From positions 3,776,001 through 3,840,000 of the forward strand of contig OZ244744.1 in NCBI GenBank assembly GCA_965219455.1: a stretch of DNA of 64,000 bases, in the 5' to 3' direction. This document shows, one piece after another, positions 46,484 to 59,432 of the stretch. Under the pieces are notes generated by a model, which did not search any database, was not told the origin of the DNA, and saw only the letters and a list, made by a program, of their open reading frames with translations. A program made the position numbers and the translations under genes. Source of the DNA: Candidatus Latescibacterota bacterium (GTDB taxonomy: Bacteria > Latescibacterota > UBA2968 > GCA-2709665). Positions within the stretch are counted from its first letter, which is position 1. Every line of letters starts with the position of its first letter.

Positions 46484-49400
46484 ATGAAAACTCCTGCTCC
46501 TGAGCTCGCAATGTTCGTGTTGGTCGGCCTGCTTATCTCACCGCCGGCTCTGGTTCATGCTTCGTCTTCGTCGCCTGACAGCGTGCATTTCTGCGTGCCG
46601 TTCGATTACGAACAGTGGCGGCGCGATCACCCCCAGCCGGCCGGCAAGCGGCTGGCGGTTCTGAACGTGGGCGAACCGCGCACTGTGCGAATGATCTACT
46701 TCCTTCCGAATGACCGACCCTTCCGGCAGGAGGTGGTCGATTCGATGAAAGTTGTGATTCGCAGGGTTCAGACCTTTTATGCCGCGCAGATGGAGGTGCA
46801 CGGCTATGGTAGAAAAACCTTCCGCCTTGAAAGCGATACCCGGGACGAACCGATAGTCCACCTAGTGGATGGAAGTCATCCCGAGAGTCACTATTACAAC
46901 ACATTTGGTGGTGCTATGGTTGACGAGCTTTGGCAGGTGTTTGATTTTAACGTGAATATTTACTCCATAATCATCGACACTCATCATGCATCATTTCAGG
47001 GCCGTGGAGGTGGTGGCGGGCGGGATGGAAAAATCGGTGGATCTGCGTGGCTAACCAGCGGATATATTGGGGCCGGGGCACATGGCGGGTATGCGGGTAC
47101 AACGGCCCATGAAATTGGGCACGCCTTCGGCTTGGAACACGACTTCCGCGATGGTACGTACACCATGTCGTATGGCCAAGGAGGTCGGTTATCCGCGTGC
47201 GCTGCTGAATTTCTGGCCGTGCATCCCTACTTCAATCCGAATACCTCAATTGAAGAAGGGCGGCCGCCCACCATCGAGTTCATTTCTCCTCTAGGATATC
47301 CAGCCGGCTCAGAGAGCATCTCCGTCCAACTCAAAGTCAGCGATCCGTCGGGGATTCATCAGGTGATTCTATTTGTTGCATCATCACTTGGCGGCGCAAT
47401 CGAACTTAGGGCGTGTCGTGGCGTGCTAGCCAAAAAAGATGCCGTCGTCCAATTTGAGTATGACGGCGTGATTCCATCGGAAATAGGTACAAGCCTTTCC
47501 AACCCGATATCACATCCGATCATTGTCGAAGCCGTTGACACAGATGGGAATGTACACCAGCAGCCTTTCGGCCTCGCCGAAATGTCTCCATACCTAATCG
47601 CCACGCTGGAGGGACATACGGATCGGGTCCGTTCCGTGGCGTTTTCGTCCGACGGCACACTCGCCTCCGGTTCGTGGGATGGCACGGCCAAACTGTGGAA
47701 CACAGAGACACGAAAACAGATCACGACGTTTCCTCACGATGCCAGAGTCGTTTCAGTGGCATTTTCACCGGAAGGGAATATCCTCGCTGCCGTTTCATGG
47801 AGTACTGATTTGTGGGACGTTGTGACAGAGCGACGGATCGCCACTCTCCGAGGAGAGGGACAACCCTACTCAGCGGCATTTTCACCTGACGGTACGCTCG
47901 CTTTAGGCTTGTGGAATGGTGCGGTCGAGCTGTGGAATGTGGCGACCCGAGAACAGATCGCCACTCTGGAAGGGCATTCGAGTTGGGTGCGTTCGGTTGC
48001 GTTTTCGCAGGATGGGACGCTGCTGGCTTCCGGGTCTCATGATGGGCGACTGTTGCTGTGGGATGTGGGGACTAAGTATCAAATCGCCACACTGGAAGGT
48101 CATACAGGAGGGGTCGGTTCGGTGGCTTTCTCAAGGGATGGGTCATTGCTTGTTTCCGGCTCCGGGGATCGCACGGTTCGGCTGTGGGACGTGGCAACAA
48201 GACAGAACACCGCCACTATTGAAGAGCATACGTACAGCGTGGAGGCTGTTTCGTTTTCACCGGACGGGACGCTCGTTTCGGGTGACGCTCGTGGAGTGAT
48301 AATGTTGTGGAACGCGGCGACCCAAGAGCGGATTGCCCGTTTCGCGCACAGGGGTGGCGTCCAGTCGGTGGCGTTTGCCCCCGACGGCGGAATCCTTGCT
48401 TCCGGCTCGGGGGATGGCACGATCGCACTGTGGGATATGTCTGCGCGGACACGGCCTCGTCCTTCGGCGCTGGAGATATTCTCGGGCGACGGCCAGCAGG
48501 GCGCGCCTGGAACGCCGCTTGCCCAGCCCATGGTCGTGGAAGTGCGGGACCAGTACGGCGATCCCCTGCCCGATGCAGCCGTCACCTTTACCATCACGGC
48601 CGGTGATGGCAAGCTCAGCGGCCGTTTCACGGTGCAGCACGCGACCACCGATGCCAACGGCCGGGCGGAGCTGAACCTTACCCTGGGCCTCCCGGGCCCG
48701 AACACCGTGGGGGTGTCCCTCGGCGGCCGCGAACTGGCGACGTTTACAGCCGAGGGCGTGGGCACGGCGGTGGCGGAGCTGGAGGGAGACTACCGGACCT
48801 GGCATCTGCCCAGGGCGGCGACGGTGCGCCTGGGAAAGGGCGCCATGGGCGAAGGCGACCGGGCCCTCGCACTTTCGCCGGACGGCCGCTGCCTGGCCGT
48901 GTCCAGCGGCATCGGCGTGTGGTTGTACGAGGCAGCCACATCCCGCGCCCTGGCGCTCCTGCCGAGTGAGAATCCGGTCCATTCAGTGGCTTTCTCCCTC
49001 GACGGCACCCTCGCTTCGGGCTTGGACAACGGCCAGGTCGCGCTATGGGAAGTGGAGACGGGGGAGCGAATCGCCACGCTGAGGCATGCGGATCGGGGCA
49101 GGATCACCTCGGTCGTATTTTCGGCGGATGGAACTGGCCTGGCGTCCGGTTCGTGGGACCAGGTCATCAAGCTGTGGGATGTAGAGACCAGGCGCGAGGT
49201 GGGCACCTGGGAGGTGCCGTGGGAGTTTAACGCTCTTTTGCCCATTTCTGTGGCCTTTTCGCCGGATGGGTCGACGCTGGCTTCGGGGTTTCAGGACCGC
49301 ACGGTCCGGCTGTGGGACGTCGAGACCCAGACGGAGGTGGCCACGCTGAAAGGGCACACGGACCGGGTCATTTCGGTGTCGTTCTCGCCGGATGGTGGGC

Positions 49401-51088
49401 TCCTGGCTTCGGCCGGGGACTGGGATGATCGCACGGTCCGGCTGTGGGACGTGGCCACACAAGCACAGGTCGCCACGCTGAGAGGGCATACCAGGGAGGT
49501 CTATTCGGTAGCGTTTTCTCCGGCCGACGGCGCCACCCTGGCTTCGGGGTCGTGGGACCACACGGTCCGGCTGTGGGACGTGGCCACACACGAGGAGCTG
49601 GCCACGTTTGAAGAGCATATGGGTCCGGTCACTTCGGTGACGTTCTCGCGCGATGGGGGCACCCTCGTCTCGGGCGCCGCGGACGGCACGGTGCTGCTGC
49701 GGGACGTGGAGACGGGCAATGCCGACGGTCTGTCCGGTCACGGGTCTTTGACCACGATGGCGTTGTCGCCCGATGGCACGCTCCTGGCTTCCGGGTCTCA
49801 GGATGGCACGGTCCGGCTGTGGGACGCGGCCACAAGAGCACGAAATACCACTCTTGAAGGACATAGGACCAGGGTCGGTTCCGTGTCGTTTTCTTTTGAC
49901 GGCGCCGTCCTGGCCTCCGGGTCATTGAATCAAACGGTCAAGCTGTGGGACGTTGGGAAACGAGAACTGATCGCCAGCCTGGAGGGGCACACGGGTCCGG
50001 TCACTTCGGTTTCGTTTTCGCCCGATGGCGCCCTGCTAGCTTCGGCAGGGGGGTGGAATGATGCCACGGTCTGGCTGTGGGACGTGGGGACTCGCGAGCC
50101 GATCGGCACCCTCGAAGGGCATACGAATGATGTCCGCTCGGTGGCGTTTTCTCCCGACGGCGCTCTCCTGGCCTCGGCAGGGGGCTATGAAGACAAGACG
50201 GTCAAGCTCTGGAACGTCGCCACGCGAGAACTCATCGCTTCGCTGGAAGATCACACGGGTTCAGTGAATTCGGTGGTGTTTTCGCCCGATGGGAAGACCC
50301 TCGCTTCCGGGTCGTCAGATGGAACGGTGCGGCTGTCGGACGCAGCGACAAGAACCCCCATCTCCTCTCTGGACAATCGGAGTTCCGTGTATTCGTTGGC
50401 ATTCTCGTCTGACGGCGCCGTCCTGGCCTCCGGGTCATGGGATCGAACGGTCAAGCTGTGGGACGTGGAGACACGAGAACAGATAGGCGCCCTGCAAGGA
50501 GGGCACACGGGTTCGGTCCATTCAGTGGCGTTTTTTCGTGATGGCGCCACCCTGGTCTCCGGGGCATCGGACGGCACGATGCTGCTGTGGGATTTGCAGC
50601 GTCTGGAATCCCGACCCCATTCCCTGAGGCCGGTCTCCGGCCTGGAGCATCAAGGGCCGGCCGGCGGCGATTTAGCCGACCCCTTTGTCGTCTTGGTGCT
50701 GGATCAGAACGGGGAACCTGTCGCGGGTGCACAGGTCACGTTTGCCGTCACCGCTGGCGGGGGAACGCTGTCCGTAGAGACTGCCACCACGGATGAGAAC
50801 GGCCGCGCTGCCACGACCCTGACGCTTGGAAGCCAACCCGGTACGAACACCGTCGTCGCATCGGTAAAGGACCTCGAGCCGGTGACCTTCACCGCCACCG
50901 CCAGGGCCGCATCCGACTTCGATGGCGACGGGACCGTCGGTTTCGCCGACTTCGTGCGGTTTGCGGCGCAGTTTGGGTTGAGTCAGGGTGACGAGGGTTA
51001 CGACGCGCGTTACGATCTTGACGAAAACGGCGCCATCGGGTTCAGCGATTTTCTGATCTTTGCCCAAGCCTTTGGAAGAGAAGGGTGA
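46484..51088 (+). CDS. Secreted metzincin + WD40 + Big_1 + double WD40 + Big_1 + dockerin-like (class B)
   Basis: ATG46484 gives a signal peptide ending VHA; HEIGHAFGLEH plus TMSY; WD40 blocks; two Big_1 domains; DFDGDGTVGFADF...DLDENGAIGFSDF. Confidence 0.87.
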   Translation: MKTPAPELAMFVLVGLLISPPALVHASSSSPDSVHFCVPFDYEQWRRDHPQPAGKRLAVLNVGEPRTVRMIYFLPNDRPFRQEVVDSMKVVIRRVQTFYAAQMEVHGYGRKTFRLESDTRDEPIVHLVDGSHPESHYYNTFGGAMVDELWQVFDFNVNIYSIIIDTHHASFQGRGGGGGRDGKIGGSAWLTSGYIGAGAHGGYAGTTAHEIGHAFGLEHDFRDGTYTMSYGQGGRLSACAAEFLAVHPYFNPNTSIEEGRPPTIEFISPLGYPAGSESISVQLKVSDPSGIHQVILFVASSLGGAIELRACRGVLAKKDAVVQFEYDGVIPSEIGTSLSNPISHPIIVEAVDTDGNVHQQPFGLAEMSPYLIATLEGHTDRVRSVAFSSDGTLASGSWDGTAKLWNTETRKQITTFPHDARVVSVAFSPEGNILAAVSWSTDLWDVVTERRIATLRGEGQPYSAAFSPDGTLALGLWNGAVELWNVATREQIATLEGHSSWVRSVAFSQDGTLLASGSHDGRLLLWDVGTKYQIATLEGHTGGVGSVAFSRDGSLLVSGSGDRTVRLWDVATRQNTATIEEHTYSVEAVSFSPDGTLVSGDARGVIMLWNAATQERIARFAHRGGVQSVAFAPDGGILASGSGDGTIALWDMSARTRPRPSALEIFSGDGQQGAPGTPLAQPMVVEVRDQYGDPLPDAAVTFTITAGDGKLSGRFTVQHATTDANGRAELNLTLGLPGPNTVGVSLGGRELATFTAEGVGTAVAELEGDYRTWHLPRAATVRLGKGAMGEGDRALALSPDGRCLAVSSGIGVWLYEAATSRALALLPSENPVHSVAFSLDGTLASGLDNGQVALWEVETGERIATLRHADRGRITSVVFSADGTGLASGSWDQVIKLWDVETRREVGTWEVPWEFNALLPISVAFSPDGSTLASGFQDRTVRLWDVETQTEVATLKGHTDRVISVSFSPDGGLLASAGDWDDRTVRLWDVATQAQVATLRGHTREVYSVAFSPADGATLASGSWDHTVRLWDVATHEELATFEEHMGPVTSVTFSRDGGTLVSGAADGTVLLRDVETGNADGLSGHGSLTTMALSPDGTLLASGSQDGTVRLWDAATRARNTTLEGHRTRVGSVSFSFDGAVLASGSLNQTVKLWDVGKRELIASLEGHTGPVTSVSFSPDGALLASAGGWNDATVWLWDVGTREPIGTLEGHTNDVRSVAFSPDGALLASAGGYEDKTVKLWNVATRELIASLEDHTGSVNSVVFSPDGKTLASGSSDGTVRLSDAATRTPISSLDNRSSVYSLAFSSDGAVLASGSWDRTVKLWDVETREQIGALQGGHTGSVHSVAFFRDGATLVSGASDGTMLLWDLQRLESRPHSLRPVSGLEHQGPAGGDLADPFVVLVLDQNGEPVAGAQVTFAVTAGGGTLSVETATTDENGRAATTLTLGSQPGTNTVVASVKDLEPVTFTATARAASDFDGDGTVGFADFVRFAAQFGLSQGDEGYDARYDLDENGAIGFSDFLIFAQAFGREG

Positions 51089-51123
51089 AATTCGAAACAA
51101 GATTGAATGTATCCGCATTTGAG

Positions 51124-51545
51124 CTGCATTATTCACGAATCAATCATTTTCGCCTCCGCACAATGGCTTGTCGAGCCGTTCAGGAAGTGGATGTGAACCC
51201 TTTCAAGCTTTTGTTCGAGGTATCGCTTGAGCGCGTCAACCATCCGAGACAAAACGCCTGTGCTTGCTTCCACTTCCCGAAGCAGCAAGGTGCCACTGTC
51301 ACCTGTGTGCCTGCCTGTCCTGCGGACGCAGGCAGGCCTGTGGCGACGCACAGGCAGGCTGGTCAGGACGCCCCCGTCGAAGGCGCCTTCCATCTTCTTT
51401 CCGCATCGACTTGCAAGAGAGACCCTGTCATGATTATCTTGAACCTCCACAGAAGTTTCCTCCCAAGTCATTGTTATAACGTTATTTGTGTAACTATAAT
51501 ACAATGACTTGAGTACGGAAACTACCTTTTTTATGAATTATTCAG
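51124..51545 (-). mobile_element. Internally deleted IS1380-family element (transposase N-terminal remnant between imperfect IRs)
   Basis: Minus-strand remnant GAFDGGVLTS[insert]DSGTLLLREVE...GVLSRM matches the IS1380 N-terminal motif FxGGxxTSDxGxxLL; IRs ctgcattattcacga (51124-51138) and ttatgaattattcag (51531-51545). Confidence 0.75.
51302..51358. repeat. 57-nt nested CCTG...CAGG palindromic insertion (27 nt inside 30 nt)
   Basis: Splits the Ser codon of the TSD motif; removing it restores ACC AGT GAC AGT GGC. Confidence 0.7.
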
Positions 51546-51675
51546 ACTATGAGAGTGGATATACCCGCAGTCAAAGAAAGGAGGGGAAAAAGCCGGATGT
51601 AACATCAGCGGTACAGGTTGTTTTCACCAGCCGGGATTGCTGTGAACGGAGTCATTTTACTAGGGAGAAGCTGAC

Positions 51676-52332
51676 GTGATACACCTGCCCAAATACATCA
51701 TTGCCAGCGTCATCGCGCTGACAACCGTAAATTTCCCCGCACCTGTTCCGGGCCAGACCACACTCGCCATCCGGGGCGGCTTGAGCCGTGCGACGATGAG
51801 CGGAATCGAGGACCTGGGCGAATCTGCATTGAAAGCGCGCACCGGCCTTTCACTGGGTGCGTCCGCGACCATCCCTATTCAGGACAACTTCAGCCTTCGA
51901 CTCGATGGCGGCTACGTCCAGAAGGGCTACAGTGCCGAAGCCACCGGGTTAGAAGCAAACCTCTATCTCGATTACATCGAGCTCTCGGGCCTGGGAGCTG
52001 TCAAACTTACACCCTCCGGAAGTCCGGCTTCGGTATATGCGTTCGCAGGACCGTCGTTGGCGTTTAATACGAAGTGTGAAGGGTCTGCCACCGTAAGCCT
52101 TGGCGGTGAAAGTACCTCGGGCTCAGAGTCCTGCGGCGACGACGTCCGGGGTATCGATCTGGGAATTACGGGAGGGATTGGCGCGGTGATGGCGGTTTCC
52201 GAAAAGATGAGCCTTTCTGTAGATCTACGCTACACACTGGGTCTGCTCTCGGTTGACAAGACCGGCGACGACGACATCAAGAACCGGGACCTTATTCTTC
52301 AGGTCGGCGTCGGCTTTCCCATCGGAGAATAG
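51676..52332 (+). CDS. Porin-family / PorT-like outer-membrane beta-barrel protein
   Basis: Signal peptide; RGGLS...RTGLSLG...YVQKG...LDYIEL...AGPSLAF...DLRYTLGL...NR..ILQVGVGF. Confidence 0.8.
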   Translation: MIHLPKYIIASVIALTTVNFPAPVPGQTTLAIRGGLSRATMSGIEDLGESALKARTGLSLGASATIPIQDNFSLRLDGGYVQKGYSAEATGLEANLYLDYIELSGLGAVKLTPSGSPASVYAFAGPSLAFNTKCEGSATVSLGGESTSGSESCGDDVRGIDLGITGGIGAVMAVSEKMSLSVDLRYTLGLLSVDKTGDDDIKNRDLILQVGVGFPIGE

Positions 52333-52447
52333 ACAGTAACCTTTTATAGTTGGCAATATCCACGTAACCATCGTGCGACCGGATCGTCTGGTCGCACGAT
52401 CTGTTTTCGCGCCTGCATCTGTCGCTGATCGCCGGTATGCCAGGCGA

Positions 52448-53737
52448 TCAGCCGCCCAGGAGTCGCCCGAGCGTGTCGATAACTTTCTGCCCGCCGGTGT
52501 AGCCGAAGAAAAGAAGGGTGGCGACGAGGATGGCGTTGACGACAGGGCTGCTCTTGAAGCCGGGTCCCACCCAGTCCAACCTGTTATTCATCATCAGAAG
52601 CGTGAGCGCTACCAGGGGCAGGAAGAACGAACCCAGGACGGCATAGGTGAGTTGGACCTCCGCCACCGAACCCCACAACAGGACGAGGGGCACTGTAGCG
52701 AGACCGACCAGGTAGGCGCGGTAGGCCGTGGATCGCGTGATGTCCGATTTCTGAAAGGCTTCAGGAGAGACCCCTTTACGCAGGGCGAGGAAATTCGCGA
52801 ACATGTAGGGATCGCTCTGCCAGACGCCGAGCAGGCTGGAGAAGACCGCGCCCCAGAAGCCCAGCAGGAAGGCCCACTTGCCCGGCGCCCCCAGCGCCTG
52901 TTCGAGTTGGCTTGACAGGATGAGGGCCAGCGATGCACCCTTCCCGTCCAGCGCGACGCGCGATCCGATGATAACCATGGCGACGCCGAACAGCGCGGTG
53001 ACGGTGTACCCCACGGCCAGATCAATGCGACAGGCTTTCACGCCCTCCCGCCCTTGCCTGCCCGTTTCCCGTATCCAGTAACCGTAAGAAAGCAGCGTGA
53101 CCGTCCCGCCGACGCCTCCCATCACGCCGAGGGTCCATCCCACGCCGCCGGGCGGGATGGCGGGAAAGAACAGGCCTTTGGCCAGGGCGTTCCAATCCGG
53201 ACCCAACAACAGGGCCGTGAGCAACACGGTAACGAACATCAATCCGATGCACGCCGACATGAGAACTTCAAAAACGCGAAAGCCGCCCATCCATACCAGG
53301 GCCAGACCGGCCAGGGCATGGACAACGCCCCACACGATCTTGGACGTCGCCGGATCGCCGATGGGAAGCAGACCGGTGCCCGCTACGCCGCAGGCCGTTA
53401 CCAGCGCGCCGCCCACGGAGAAGCTCCAGATGATAAGGTAGACAATGAAGACCCACTGCACCCAGGCGCCGAGCCGGTGCACCCAACCTTCCAGCATCGT
53501 GGTCCCGGTGGCCATCTGCCAACGGGCGATACCCTCGTTCAGGGTCCATTTGAGCAGCGCGCCGACCACGGCCGCCCAGACGATGCCAACGCCTATTTTC
53601 GAGCCGGCCAGGCTGGCCGTGAGCAGGTCTCCCGCGCCCACGCCGGTGGCGGCCATGAGAATGCCGGGAAGAATGAGAGCGGGTCTGAAACGCACACGGA
53701 ATCCGGGTTCGGGGTTCGAGGACGCAACACGCGGCAC
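52448..53737 (-). CDS. NRAMP-family divalent metal transporter (non-canonical)
   Basis: Many hydrophobic helices; PGILMAATGVGAGDL, KWTLNEGIARWQMATG, GGVGG, GAVFSSLLG. Confidence 0.85.
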   Translation of the reverse strand: MPRVASSNPEPGFRVRFRPALILPGILMAATGVGAGDLLTASLAGSKIGVGIVWAAVVGALLKWTLNEGIARWQMATGTTMLEGWVHRLGAWVQWVFIVYLIIWSFSVGGALVTACGVAGTGLLPIGDPATSKIVWGVVHALAGLALVWMGGFRVFEVLMSACIGLMFVTVLLTALLLGPDWNALAKGLFFPAIPPGGVGWTLGVMGGVGGTVTLLSYGYWIRETGRQGREGVKACRIDLAVGYTVTALFGVAMVIIGSRVALDGKGASLALILSSQLEQALGAPGKWAFLLGFWGAVFSSLLGVWQSDPYMFANFLALRKGVSPEAFQKSDITRSTAYRAYLVGLATVPLVLLWGSVAEVQLTYAVLGSFFLPLVALTLLMMNNRLDWVGPGFKSSPVVNAILVATLLFFGYTGGQKVIDTLGRLLGG

Positions 53738-53813
53738 TGGACTGCGGCCACCTAAATAAGCAGGTGCCGGGAACCCGTCAAGCGAAAAACGCCGGCTCCC
53801 ACTGAATTGGCGC

Positions 53814-53842
53814 TTGACAGGGCGCCAACGGATTTCTATAAT
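53814..53842 (+). promoter_or_regulatory. Consensus sigma70 promoter for the TPR-eno operon
   Basis: TTGACA (53814-53819), 17-bp spacer, TATAAT (53837-53842). Confidence 0.85.
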
Positions 53843-53929
53843 TCAGCCACTGCTATTGTTCTGTCCCGGAAATAGATCGCCGAATGGTAACATAATTCCG
53901 GGGGCGGAACGCTGGGAGACATTGTGGCG

Positions 53930-57040
<3,111 letters not shown>

Positions 57041-57058
57041 CGTGACGGTTCTACCCGA

Positions 57059-57089
57059 CGGGGTAACTGGCAGGTTGGAAACTACCCCG
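57059..57089. terminator. Hairpin/REP-like element between convergent genes
   Basis: Stem cggggta...taccccg enclosing ggcaggttggaaac. Confidence 0.45.
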
Positions 57090-57096
57090 CGCCGAT

Positions 57097-58689
57097 TCAC
57101 GGCGTCTTTCCGAAATTCCGCGCGAACACAATGAAGTCCCCGAAAGAGACGATCCGGTCGGCATCAAGGTCGAAGGAGGGGTCGAAGCCGGGTTGGCCCG
57201 CAGATTTGCCAAAGCCCGCGGCAAATGCGATGAAATCCGGAAAATCGACCGTACCGCTGGCGTCGAAGTCCGCGGCTCCCGGAGTTCGTCCTTCGCGCGC
57301 GGTGAGAGAGAGGGTGTAGGTCTGAGGGCCGGCGGACGTGCGTGTGACGGCCAATACTTTTGGCGTGCCGCCGTAGAGACCGATGCGGCGGCGGGCGGTG
57401 TGAGGGACGGGTACGGCGGCGACGTCGAGTGTGCCGTCCCGTTCGGACACCAGTGTCACCAGCAGGTCGCTGTCGCTTCTGACATCGAGCGAGAGGCCCG
57501 CGAAACCCGACGTTCGAGGCACGAAATAGTCGATGCCCCAGAGCTGGAGGGCGCCGCCGAGGTCGTCGGCCGGAACCGCTACGGTATCTCTTCTGACCGG
57601 TCTGAGGGTGAGACCCCGGTATCCGGGTTCGCCCTCGTCGTTCACGAACACGGCCGCCGCCCAGTTGGCCCAGAATTGCTCGAAGCGCTCGCCCGCGTCG
57701 AGCGATTCCAGGGCAAGGTTGAACCCTTCAATACTGTTTGCCGGTTCGGCGACCAGTCGGGTGACGGCCGAATTGCCGTAGCGCTGGGCGAAGTAGGTCA
57801 TCAGCAGAAAGGTCTGGTCGAAGAGGAAAGGCAGGTAGCCGCCTTTGGACCAGCTGTCGGCATCCGTCAGGCCGGTATTGGGTGGTACAGAGACGGCGGA
57901 GTCCGACGATTTGAGCAGGTTGGGAACACGGAGGAAGTTCCGCGCGGCCGCGCCGGTCGTGTCCTTGTAACCGCAGGCCAGTTCGGCGTATTCTGAACAG
58001 CCCTCGTCCACCCATCTGTGTTCGTCGGGATCGGCGTTCCAGTGCAGCATGTGCTGGAACTCGTGGGCAAGGGTGGCCCGCGCCAGGTCGCTGTCGAGGT
58101 CCAGGGGATTGCTGTCGATGTAGAGGATTTCCCTGCCGACCGGCGCCGCCTGGTTCGCGGTATCGTAATACCCCACGAACGTGCCGCCCAGACTGCTGTC
58201 CATAATATCCAGTATAACGATCAGGACCCGTGGATCGCCGTCCGCGTCGGGCGGGGGGCCGAAGATCTCGGTATCGATGGAGAAAATGCCGCGTTCGCGA
58301 TACCGGGGGGTGGACCGGTCGAAGGCCAGGGCGAGGGTTGCGACAGCGGCGGGATTCACGCGGGGTCCGTTCCAGATATCGTCCTCCACGAAGATATAGC
58401 AGTGTTCGCCCTTAAAACGGCACGTGGTTGTGGTCAGATAGAACGGATCGGAACCCGCAACCGCGCCGAAATTATACGCACGAACGGTCAGGGGGTCGCC
58501 GACGTCAAACGTCTCGGCGGCCGTTTTTTTTGCCGCGGCGCCGGGATGTGGACGCACGGACAGGTAGGGAGTACCGCAGCGGGCGTCCGGGTCGGCGAAC
58601 ACGGCGGAATTGAGCAGCAGGCAGAACACCATCCCTGCTGAGGCAGGAAGCCAGGCGCAAGCCGCCGGATTAGAGACGGTCGAAGTCAA
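57097..58689 (-). CDS. Secreted M30 (hyicolysin)-like zinc peptidase + dockerin-like (class B)
   Basis: Signal peptide; CGTP; FGPPPDADGDPRVLIVILDI...GYY...TLAHEFQHMLH...WVDEGCSEYA; DFDASGTVDFPDF...DLDADRIVSFGDF. Confidence 0.82.
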   Translation of the reverse strand: MTSTVSNPAACAWLPASAGMVFCLLLNSAVFADPDARCGTPYLSVRPHPGAAAKKTAAETFDVGDPLTVRAYNFGAVAGSDPFYLTTTTCRFKGEHCYIFVEDDIWNGPRVNPAAVATLALAFDRSTPRYRERGIFSIDTEIFGPPPDADGDPRVLIVILDIMDSSLGGTFVGYYDTANQAAPVGREILYIDSNPLDLDSDLARATLAHEFQHMLHWNADPDEHRWVDEGCSEYAELACGYKDTTGAAARNFLRVPNLLKSSDSAVSVPPNTGLTDADSWSKGGYLPFLFDQTFLLMTYFAQRYGNSAVTRLVAEPANSIEGFNLALESLDAGERFEQFWANWAAAVFVNDEGEPGYRGLTLRPVRRDTVAVPADDLGGALQLWGIDYFVPRTSGFAGLSLDVRSDSDLLVTLVSERDGTLDVAAVPVPHTARRRIGLYGGTPKVLAVTRTSAGPQTYTLSLTAREGRTPGAADFDASGTVDFPDFIAFAAGFGKSAGQPGFDPSFDLDADRIVSFGDFIVFARNFGKTP

Positions 58690-58750
58690 GCCGTTTCCGC
58701 CCTTTCACGGCTGTGAGGGGATCGTACGGGCGATCATTGAGCGTTAGAAC

Positions 58751-59398
58751 TCAGAAACCGTGTCCGAGGCTTGCGTACAGGCCGCCGCGAGGGTCCACGT
58801 GAAGCTTGACGCCGGCGCCCCGTGTACGGGTCTTGCGTGCGATGGAAGCCGCATTGAGAGCGCTGGCGAAGCGATTGAATATGAGGCCGCCGACAAAGAG
58901 GAAAGCTTTCTGTTCAGCGGAAGTGGCCTTGCTGCGTAGATCCTGAAACTTGATGCGGGAGGCTTTGGCATCCCATTCCCAGATCCGGTCGGGGGTTTCG
59001 GCCCGAAGATTCGCATGTTCGCCGGCGAGGAAGCGTTCGCGCTGGTTTCGGTTGTAGATGCTGTCGAAGTTTCCCACTTCCTTGATGAAGGACTCGGGCA
59101 GGTTCTCCAGATGAATACCGGCATGGGCGGCGGCATAGGCGCGATACGTATCGATACGGTAGGACTCCAGGACACGGAACGTGGCCATGCCGGTCCAGCA
59201 GATACCCTCCGTAGCCAGAAAGAAGCGTGCGGATCGGCGGCCGCCGGCGTAGAACTCGCCCAGACCGGGCAGAACGAGCGATAGCACCGCGGCTTTGGCC
59301 GGAGACTTACCCTTCGCGTGTCCGGCGGCGGGCGCGCAGATCAGGAGGAGGGACAGGACCGCGAGAAAGACAAGGGCTTTTGAAAAAGGGTTTGCCAT
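58751..59398 (-). CDS. DUF5683-like membrane protein
   Basis: Likely ATG59398; signal peptide; KSPAKAAVLSLVLPGLGEFYAG...NRFASALNA; paralogous to the adjacent gene. Confidence 0.72.
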   Translation of the reverse strand: MANPFSKALVFLAVLSLLLICAPAAGHAKGKSPAKAAVLSLVLPGLGEFYAGGRRSARFFLATEGICWTGMATFRVLESYRIDTYRAYAAAHAGIHLENLPESFIKEVGNFDSIYNRNQRERFLAGEHANLRAETPDRIWEWDAKASRIKFQDLRSKATSAEQKAFLFVGGLIFNRFASALNAASIARKTRTRGAGVKLHVDPRGGLYASLGHGF

Positions 59399-59432
59399 GC
59401 AGGTTGTTTCGGAAAAACGCATTGCCAGGCGA

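Noticed and set aside
10888-51088. Similar gene 3' ends as DGR template/variable repeats
   Set aside because: No reverse transcriptase or non-coding template copy is present; differences look mostly synonymous and are not adenine-specific.
225-52332. Integron cassette array
   Set aside because: No intI, and no RYYYAAC...GTTRRRY attC structures recognised at gene junctions; spacers are heterogeneous.
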